64,000 nt of DNA from Candidatus Sumerlaeia bacterium (GTDB taxonomy: Bacteria; Sumerlaeota; Sumerlaeia; SLMS01; JANRJK01), in the NCBI GenBank assembly GCA_033764015.1, contig JANRJK010000055.1, positions 1 to 64,000 of the forward strand. The letters are read 5' to 3'. Each line of letters starts with the position of its first letter. The first letter of the stretch is position 1. Shown here in pieces: positions 1 through 6,773 of the stretch. The notes beneath the pieces are model-generated. The model made no database searches and had not been told where the DNA came from. It worked only from the letters and a program-made list of their open reading frames with translations. The translations under genes were made by a program, and so were the position numbers.

Positions 1-129
1 GCCCCCGCCGCCGCGGCCCGGGAGGCGGAGCCCCGGCCGGCGCCCGCGCCGCTGCCCGCGGCGACCGCGCCCGGGGCGCTCTCCGGCGTGCTCGGATGGC
101 TCAAGAACGTCTTCGGACGGAAGAACTGA
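1..129 (+). CDS. C-terminal fragment of an upstream gene of the bilin/globin operon (Pro/Ala-rich linker ending in LSGVLGWLKNVFGRKN)
   Basis: Frame 1 is open from the window edge to TGA at 127-129, with GC-rich codon usage. It stops 40 nt before the next ATG on the same strand. Not in the supplied ORF track. Confidence 0.7.
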   Translation, partial: APAAAAREAEPRPAPAPLPAATAPGALSGVLGWLKNVFGRKN

Positions 130-169
130 AACCTTTGACAGTGTCAACCAACTGAAAGGCCAACCGCAG

Positions 170-3106
170 ATGCTCCGCACGATCCTCCCCCTCGCCGAGT
201 CGCCGTACCGGCTGACCGACCTCGCCCGCCAGCGGAACTACACCTACGAGGAGTCCACGGTGCTGGAGAGCTCCGCGCGGCTCCGCGAGCTCGGCTGCGG
301 CGCCATCGAGCGCCTGCGCCCCCAGGAGGCCCGCATCGCGGAGTCGGCGCTCTCCGCCGCCGCCGCGGACTTCGCGGCCCTCGGCGAGGCGGGCGCCGAG
401 CTCCGGGAAGCGCTCCGCGCGGCGGTCCTCGCGATCCTCCGCCAGGCGCAGCTCGCCATGGCGACCGATTCCACGGAGGCCTTCTCGAAGTCGCTGCTCT
501 CGTTCCGCGCCCCCTTCTGGGTGGCGCCGGGCTTCACAGGCGAAACCGCGCGCACGGTCTTCGAAGCGCTCCGCGACGAGGCGCTCGCCGCGCTCCCCGG
601 CTACCAGGGCCGCCGCTTCGACGAGTACCTGAAGGTGGCCTCCCGCTTCATGGCGACCGTCGCCGAGGTGGGCCAGGTGGCGGAGTCGATCGTCGAGGAG
701 GCCGCGTCGGCGGTCCTCGCCCGGCACCCGGCGGTCGCGTCGCGCCGCGCCGACCTGCCCCGCCTGCTCCGCGAGGAGCTCCTCCAGTGCCTCGCCACTT
801 CCGTGGACGCGATGGTCCCGGACGGCGACGCGCAGGTGCCCCCGTTCGGCAAGCGCATCGGCTCCCGCGACCGCGCCGGCCTCTTCGAGCGCCGCGAAGC
901 GCTCGACATGGCCGCCGCCCTGCGCGCCGCGATCCAGCGCCACCTGCAGCTCGCCCGCGGCGCCGAGTTCCTCGAGCACGTCCGCGTCGTCACCGAGTAC
1001 GCCGCCCTGGTGCGCGACGCCCACGCCCGCCGCGCCGACATCCTGGCGGCGGTCGAGCGCCGCGCGTCGGAGCGCCACGCCGGCGCGGCCGCCGCGATGC
1101 CCCGCCTGCGCCAGTGGCTCGGCGAGGCGTTCGACGCGTGCGTCGCCGGCGCCGTCCCCGGAGGCCGCGACGAGATGATCGCCGCCCTCGAACGCGCCTC
1201 CGCCGAGATCGCCCGCGAGAAGCCCTCCGCAGATCTCGCGGGGGACTGCTTCCAGTTCCTCGTCGAGGAGTCCGAGGCCGCGCTCTCCTCCCTCTCGCTG
1301 ATCCAGGTCCAGCACCTCCTGCACCGCGCCTCCCACTACTTCTTCCAGACCTGCGAGGTCGCCGAGAAGGGCGAGGCGATGCTGAACGGCGTGGTGGACC
1401 GCCTCGCGGCGGAGCACGAGGCCTTCTTCGGCCGCCGCCTCGGCGCCAAGGCGTACGTGGTCCGCGACCAGGAGCAGGTGCTCTACAACATCGCGCTCGG
1501 CCTGGTGCCCGGCGCGGAGATGACGACCGTGGGCCGCTTCCAGGCCTTCGGCGAGTTCCTCGGCGAGCACGGCTTCAGCCAGGACATGATGTTCCGCTCC
1601 TTCGCGCTGCTCGAGGAGGCGTGCCTCGCGAACTTCTCGCCGCGCGCGCAGTCCTACTTCATGCCGATGTGGACGCAGGTGCGGCGCTACCTCGAGACGG
1701 TCTGCGCCATGCCCGCGCCGCTGAAGAAGATCCTCGGCGAGGCGGCCGCGGCGGTCTCCGCCAAGCACGGCCCCGCGCTCGCGCGCTTCCCCGACGCGGA
1801 GCGCAAGGTGCACCGCGACCTGCTCGCGCTGCTCCACACCTGCGCCGTCACGATGGTTCCGAACGGCGAGCGGGTGCTGCGCCGCGGCCTCGCGCACTTC
1901 ATCGAGTCCATCGACGACGCGCGCATGGAGCCGGAGATGCTCGAGACCTCCTTCGGCGGTCTGGTCGAGGCGGTCCGCACGCACCTGCCGTCCCCGCACC
2001 GCGAGTGGCTGCTCCCCGCGCTGGAGCGCGGGCGCACGATGATCGTCGCCGCCGCCCGGCTGGCGCCCGCCCTCGAACCGGCGGCGAAGGAGGCCGCGCA
2101 GGAAGCGCTCCGCAAGCACCCGCAGGTCGCGGAACGCCACACCGCCGCGTCGCGCCGCGGCGCGGAGGACATGGTCCACTTCGCCAAGCGCGCCCTCCTG
2201 GGCATCGCCCCCGGCGGCGCCGAGTGGGCCGCGCAGGGGCTCTGGCGCTTCGGCTCCTCCGTGGTCGAGAGCAACTACGGCGAATCCTTCCTTCCCGACG
2301 CCTACTCGGCGTTCCACGCCCGCCTCACGCGCGAGGCCAAGGGGCCGGGGGCCGACGCGTTCGACGCGTCGATGAAGCCGATGCTCGAGGCGCTCGCGCT
2401 GTTCTCGGAGCTCGGCGCGCGCGAGGGCTCCATCGTCGCGAGCGCGGCCGACGACCTCTTCGCGAAGCACCCGGCGATGCTGTCGCGCTACCCCGACTGC
2501 CGGCAGAAGACCGCCGAGGACTTCCGCGACGCGCTCCGCTACTGCGTGATGGGCGGCGTGCCGGGGGGCCAGTGGTGGATCCGCCGCTACGCGCGCGTGC
2601 AGATGTTCGTGTTCCGCCACAGCGCCTTCGACCCGGCGGTGATCGGCGACGCCTACGACGCGCTCGCGTCGCAGGCGAGGGCGAACCTCCGCGGGCCCGG
2701 CGCCGCCGCGCTCGCGCAGCGCCTCGAACTGGTCCGCAACTACCTGGTGATCGCGGCCGGCCTCGGCGCCAACGAAGCCCGCATCCTCGACGACGCGTGG
2801 GAGCGCTTCACCAAGCGCCACAACGGCAAGGTCTCGACGGAGCGCGCGGCGCGCGACTGGGCCGCCGACGGCACCCGCCTCGTGCTCCGGGCGTCCGCGC
2901 TGGCGATGCTGCCGGAATGCGCGCTGTACCAGCACGAGGTCGGCGCCGCGGTGCGCGCCTCCGCCGCGCGCGGCCCGCTCTCGCCCGAGCTCGCCCGCGA
3001 CGCGTTCGAGAGCCTCCGCGAGGCGGCGGGCGCGGGGCTGGCGCACGGCCCCGTCGACCAGTTCGCCGCGAAGATCCGCGAAACCGCCGCCCCCGTCGGC
3101 GCCTGA
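170..3106 (+). CDS. 978-aa protein of eight tandem phycobiliprotein/globin-like domains
   Basis: 117-aa periodicity: His at 186/303/416/533/650/767/884, Pro of (V/A/L)P(G/D/N/E) at 217/330/447/564/681/798/915, Asp at 433/550/667/784. Repeat 7 (IVASAADDLFAKHP...CRQKTAEDFRDALRYCV) aligns with the downstream globin and with the allophycocyanin motif IIKxAxxxLFxKxP...CLRDxxYYLR. Confidence 0.8.
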   Translation: MLRTILPLAESPYRLTDLARQRNYTYEESTVLESSARLRELGCGAIERLRPQEARIAESALSAAAADFAALGEAGAELREALRAAVLAILRQAQLAMATDSTEAFSKSLLSFRAPFWVAPGFTGETARTVFEALRDEALAALPGYQGRRFDEYLKVASRFMATVAEVGQVAESIVEEAASAVLARHPAVASRRADLPRLLREELLQCLATSVDAMVPDGDAQVPPFGKRIGSRDRAGLFERREALDMAAALRAAIQRHLQLARGAEFLEHVRVVTEYAALVRDAHARRADILAAVERRASERHAGAAAAMPRLRQWLGEAFDACVAGAVPGGRDEMIAALERASAEIAREKPSADLAGDCFQFLVEESEAALSSLSLIQVQHLLHRASHYFFQTCEVAEKGEAMLNGVVDRLAAEHEAFFGRRLGAKAYVVRDQEQVLYNIALGLVPGAEMTTVGRFQAFGEFLGEHGFSQDMMFRSFALLEEACLANFSPRAQSYFMPMWTQVRRYLETVCAMPAPLKKILGEAAAAVSAKHGPALARFPDAERKVHRDLLALLHTCAVTMVPNGERVLRRGLAHFIESIDDARMEPEMLETSFGGLVEAVRTHLPSPHREWLLPALERGRTMIVAAARLAPALEPAAKEAAQEALRKHPQVAERHTAASRRGAEDMVHFAKRALLGIAPGGAEWAAQGLWRFGSSVVESNYGESFLPDAYSAFHARLTREAKGPGADAFDASMKPMLEALALFSELGAREGSIVASAADDLFAKHPAMLSRYPDCRQKTAEDFRDALRYCVMGGVPGGQWWIRRYARVQMFVFRHSAFDPAVIGDAYDALASQARANLRGPGAAALAQRLELVRNYLVIAAGLGANEARILDDAWERFTKRHNGKVSTERAARDWAADGTRLVLRASALAMLPECALYQHEVGAAVRASAARGPLSPELARDAFESLREAAGAGLAHGPVDQFAAKIRETAAPVGA

Positions 3107-3129
3107 CCCCCCCTCAAGGAGACCCGCCC

Positions 3130-3600
3130 ATGCGCAAGGACTTCCGCAAGACCGCACAGCAGCTCCACGCGCGCCCGATCAGCGACGGCGAGCTGGCCGC
3201 GCTCCGCGAGAGCGCAGCGAACGCCCGCACCGGCGCGGCCCTCGCCGTCCAGGCCCGCGAGCGCGAGCACACCATCGTCTACGCCTCCGTCGGCGAGCTC
3301 TACAAGAAGTACCCCGAGAAGCGCACCATGTACGCCGGATGCGAGGAGAAGACGCTCCGCGACATGAAGCTCGTCATGCGCTATTGCGTCTACTCCGCCG
3401 CGCTCGACGATCCCGACTACGCGCGCGACCGCATGCACTACTGGTTCCGCACGATCCTCCTCGCGTTCAACTTCGGCCGCGAGTTCATCACCGACGCCTA
3501 CCGCATCGTCCAGAAGCGCGCCGCCACCGCCATCGCTCCCGCGGAGAACAAAGTCCTCCACGCCATGGTCGACGACGCCATCCAGGTTTACAACTCGTGA
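3130..3600 (+). CDS. Single-domain phycobiliprotein-like globin (allophycocyanin-like / bilin biosynthesis-associated globin), 156 aa
   Basis: ATG at 3130 follows an AAGGAG RBS. Sequence ARPISDGELAAL...REHTIVYASVGELYKKYP...KTLRDMKLVMRYCVYSAALDD matches the phycobilisome-protein pattern (RYxSxGEL, RDxxxxLRY). It is the 3' end of the track ORF 787..3600. Confidence 0.85.
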   Translation: MRKDFRKTAQQLHARPISDGELAALRESAANARTGAALAVQAREREHTIVYASVGELYKKYPEKRTMYAGCEEKTLRDMKLVMRYCVYSAALDDPDYARDRMHYWFRTILLAFNFGREFITDAYRIVQKRAATAIAPAENKVLHAMVDDAIQVYNS

Positions 3601-4331
3601 ACACGCTCGCGGAAGCCCCCGGCGCCGCGAAGCACACCGCGGAGTCCGTCGCCGAGGCGGTGCTCCGCTTTGTGGCGGAGTTGCGCCCCGACGACGCGCC
3701 CGCGCCGCAGGAGCTCCTCCGGCGCCGGGCGGTTCGCGAGGGCTCGCCCCTCGCCATCGAGTCCAGCGTGTGGCGCGCCAAGGGGTGGCGCTGGATACGC
3801 TTCACCCGAATCTCGGGCGACGGCGCCACCGACATCGTGAACTTCGGCATGTTCCCCGAGCCGGCGTCGCCGTTCCCCGTGCTCCAGCTCGAATCGCTCG
3901 TGCTGCGCGGGAGGCTGTTCCTCGCGATCCACGACGTGAACGACTTGGCGGACGGCGGGAGCGGCCTCGAACCGTCGCCGCGCCGGGCCCTCTCGAACAA
4001 CCCGCTCTTCCCCCGCTGCGAGGACCGCGCGCCGTGGACGGACGCGGTCTTCTCCAAGGAGGTGTTCTGGACCCGCCCCCAGGATCCGGGCGCCTTGGCG
4101 GCGCTCCCGGCGCGCACGGAGGACTTCCTCGAGGCCGCCCGCACCTGGCGCCGCGGCGGCCGGCGACAGGAGTTCGACCCGGAGCGGAGGCGGGCGCGGA
4201 TCGGCGCCCTCGCGGCGGCGATGATCGAGAACGAGCCCTCGCGCAACTACTTGGCGGCGCAGTTCGGCCCGGAGTGGAGCGAGCGCTTCATCCGCGGCTT
4301 CCTCTTCCCTGATTTCCTCCACACGGCATGA
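3597..4331 (+). CDS. Ferredoxin-dependent bilin reductase (PcyA/PebA/PebB/HY2 family), divergent, 244 aa
   Basis: GTG start overlaps the globin stop (GTGA). Motifs WRWIRFTRI, DIVNFGMFPEPASPFPVL, LAIHD, PWTDAVFSKEVFWTRP and the C-terminal NEPSRNYLAAQFGPEWSERFIRGFLFP are typical of FDBRs. Confidence 0.85.
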   Translation: MNTLAEAPGAAKHTAESVAEAVLRFVAELRPDDAPAPQELLRRRAVREGSPLAIESSVWRAKGWRWIRFTRISGDGATDIVNFGMFPEPASPFPVLQLESLVLRGRLFLAIHDVNDLADGGSGLEPSPRRALSNNPLFPRCEDRAPWTDAVFSKEVFWTRPQDPGALAALPARTEDFLEAARTWRRGGRRQEFDPERRRARIGALAAAMIENEPSRNYLAAQFGPEWSERFIRGFLFPDFLHTA

Positions 4332-4347
4332 CGCTGGGCAGGGGGCG

Positions 4348-5841
4348 ATGGTGGCAGCGCGCAACAACGAGGTCGTCGAGCAACTGGCCGATATGGTCGT
4401 CTCCCTGGGCTGCATCTCGCGGTCCGAGCTGGAGGTCGCCGCAGCGCGCCTCGCGGACGGCAAGCCCGGCGACCTCTGGCGCCTCCTCGGGCGCGAGGGC
4501 TACCTCAGCCAACCGCAGTGCGACACCCTCGTGATGGCCGAAAAGCGCTACATTTCCCTCGAAGCCGCCCGGGTCACGGTCGAACTCCACAGCGCCGCGA
4601 AGAGCAACGACCGGCCCGCGGAAACGCCGGGGTCCGCCACGAACCTGCGCATCCGGCGCCCGCCGCCGCCGCTGGTCGACGACTCCGACGACGAGGCCGA
4701 GCCGCCGCCGGAGCTGCGGCGCTCGAGCTTCACCGTGCAGCGGCTGTCCGGGGCCGAATCGCTCCTCTCGCGCGAGCCGACGCCGCTCCCGGCGCCCCCG
4801 CCGAAGGGCCCTGCCCGCGGCGACGCCACGGAGGAGGACCCGTTTCCGCGCGCGCGCAGGCTCGCCGAACAGATCAAGGCCGCCCCGCTGCCCTCCCCCG
4901 GATCGCCCCGCGACCTGCGCCAGCTCGCCGGCGCCACGCTCGGCAAGTACCGCCTCGAACAGCGTCTCGGCCGGGGGGCCAGCGGCTCCGTCTTCAAGGC
5001 GCACCATGCCACGCTCGACATCCCCGTGGCGCTCAAGATCCTCGATCCCAACCTCGCCGACTTCCACCCGGAGCTGGTCGACCGGTTCCTGCGCGAGGCC
5101 CGGACCGCCGTCCGCATCAACCACCCGAACGTGGTCCGCATCCTCGACTGCGACCGCATCGACGGCTACCACGTGATCGCCATGGAATACGTCGAAGGCG
5201 AGACGGTCGCCGACCTGCTCGCCCGCGAAGGCCCAATGGCCGAGGAGCGCGCGCTGGCGACCGCGCTCGCCGTGGCGCGCGGGCTCGAAGCGGCGCTCGA
5301 ATCCGGCATCATCCACCGCGACGTGAAGCCGGCCAACATCATGCTCACCGCCACGCGGCAGACGAAGCTCGCCGACCTCGGCCTCGGCAAGCACCTCTCG
5401 CAGACCGAGCGCTCGCTCTCCGACACGTCACCCAACATCCCGCTGGGCACGCCGCACTTCTTCTCGCCGGAGCAGGCCCGCGACGCGGCCTCCGTGGACG
5501 CCCGGGCCGACATCTACTCGCTCGGCGCCACGCTGTTCAACATGCTCACGGCGCGCTTCCCGTTCACGGGCAAGAACGTCTACGACCTCATCAAGGCCCA
5601 CGAGTCCGAGCCCGTCGCCCCGCCGCACGCGGTGAACCCGCGAGTCACCGCCACCACATCGGGCCTCGTGGTGCGGATGATGGCCAAGTCCCCCGCCGCG
5701 CGCCCGGCGGACTACGGCGAAGTGATTAACGCGCTGCAGGAATGCCTGTTCCGCCTTTCCAACGGCGGAATCGGTGCGACCAAGCCCGGCGCCATGACGG
5801 CCAACTTGGCGTCCATGCTCGGATCCCTCTTCAAACGCTGA
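4348..5841 (+). CDS. Cytoplasmic Hanks-type Ser/Thr protein kinase with N-terminal helical (MshEN-like) module and Pro-rich linker
   Basis: GRGASG, VALK, HRDVKPAN, DLG, GTPHFFSPEQ and DIYSLG motifs. No transmembrane segment is evident. Confidence 0.93.
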   Translation: MVAARNNEVVEQLADMVVSLGCISRSELEVAAARLADGKPGDLWRLLGREGYLSQPQCDTLVMAEKRYISLEAARVTVELHSAAKSNDRPAETPGSATNLRIRRPPPPLVDDSDDEAEPPPELRRSSFTVQRLSGAESLLSREPTPLPAPPPKGPARGDATEEDPFPRARRLAEQIKAAPLPSPGSPRDLRQLAGATLGKYRLEQRLGRGASGSVFKAHHATLDIPVALKILDPNLADFHPELVDRFLREARTAVRINHPNVVRILDCDRIDGYHVIAMEYVEGETVADLLAREGPMAEERALATALAVARGLEAALESGIIHRDVKPANIMLTATRQTKLADLGLGKHLSQTERSLSDTSPNIPLGTPHFFSPEQARDAASVDARADIYSLGATLFNMLTARFPFTGKNVYDLIKAHESEPVAPPHAVNPRVTATTSGLVVRMMAKSPAARPADYGEVINALQECLFRLSNGGIGATKPGAMTANLASMLGSLFKR

Positions 5842-5921
5842 AGCGGCCCCGGAATCACTTGCGGAAAATCCATGCCGATATAGTCGGGGATTCCCGGTTG
5901 CGGTCCCGAACACTCACGGAC

Positions 5922-5993
5922 TCCGCTGAAGGGTAGCGGAAAAAAGAAGAGCCGCCCCTTGCGGGGCGGCGGCCCGGGGCTCCTCGCCCCGGG
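5922..5993. promoter_or_regulatory. Three consecutive hairpins between the kinase and NYN genes (terminator or leader structure)
   Basis: TCCGCT/AGCGGA (5922-5940), GCCGCCCC-TTGC-GGGGCGGC (5951-5970, preceded by an A-run), CCCGGGGC-TCCTC-GCCCCGGG (5973-5993). Confidence 0.5.
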
Positions 5994-6007
5994 GAGGCAA
6001 TGTTAGA

Positions 6008-6685
6008 ATGGTCGGACACGATAGCGACGACGGTCAAGCCCCCAAGCGGGAGGTCGTCCACTTCTATGTGGACGCTTCCAGCCTTTACTACGGCCTCGCG
6101 GCGCGCGGCTGGAGCCACCTCGCGTGGCTCGACGTCCAGCGCCTTTGCGAGTCGTTCGTGCACCCGTGGCAAGAGCTCCGCACGGTCAAGTACTTCACCA
6201 GCCGCCTGAACGATTCGCTCCGCCGCGAGCGGGTGCAGGCGCAGAGCGACCACCTCGACGCGCTCCGGAAGTGCTGCCGGAAAACCATGATCTTCTACGG
6301 GCGCTTCCACGGAAATCCATCGCTGTGCGCAGCCACCGGCCGCTCGCTCCACGCCCCGAAGGAGAAGCGCAGCGACGTCAACATGGCGGTCTCGATCATC
6401 GGCGACGCCATGCTCGGCAAGGCCGACGTCTTCTGCGTGCTGACCGGCGACAGCGACCTGGTCCCGGTGTTCAACACGGTGCGCGCGCTCGCCGGCGGGC
6501 GTCGCATCGTCGCGTTCTTCCCCCCGGGGCGCTTCTCCAACCACCTCAAGCTCGTGGCGCACGCCCACGTGATGGTGGGCCGCAGTCGCATCGCCCGCTG
6601 CCAACTGCCAGACACCGTCGAGCTGCGCCGCGGCGTGGCCGTGTCGCGCCCGGAGATCTGGACGAGGCGCGGCACTCCCGCGTGA
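6008..6685 (+). CDS. NYN domain protein (LabA/DUF88, PIN-like fold)
   Basis: FYVDASSLYY, KEKRSDVNMAV and LTGDSDLVP motifs. Confidence 0.88.
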   Translation: MVGHDSDDGQAPKREVVHFYVDASSLYYGLAARGWSHLAWLDVQRLCESFVHPWQELRTVKYFTSRLNDSLRRERVQAQSDHLDALRKCCRKTMIFYGRFHGNPSLCAATGRSLHAPKEKRSDVNMAVSIIGDAMLGKADVFCVLTGDSDLVPVFNTVRALAGGRRIVAFFPPGRFSNHLKLVAHAHVMVGRSRIARCQLPDTVELRRGVAVSRPEIWTRRGTPA

Positions 6686-6773
6686 CGGGCGGCGGCGCTT
6701 GCGCTCCGGCGCGCGCAGGCCTATACAGCGCTTGATCGCGGGCGGAGCGCCCGCCGAGGAGCACACGCCCGCC

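Noticed and set aside
101..3157. 1018-aa minus-strand ORF, and the first ~780 aa of the 787..3600 ORF
   Set aside because: Shadow frames of the GC-rich poly-globin gene with Arg/Gly/Ala-rich non-protein-like composition. Only 3130-3600 of the plus-strand ORF has an RBS and a recognisable fold.
170..4331. Interpretation as a true phycobilisome or photosynthesis locus
   Set aside because: No alpha/beta subunit pair, linker, lyase or photosystem genes in the window, and the canonical CxRD cysteine is absent. The rest of the genome was not seen.
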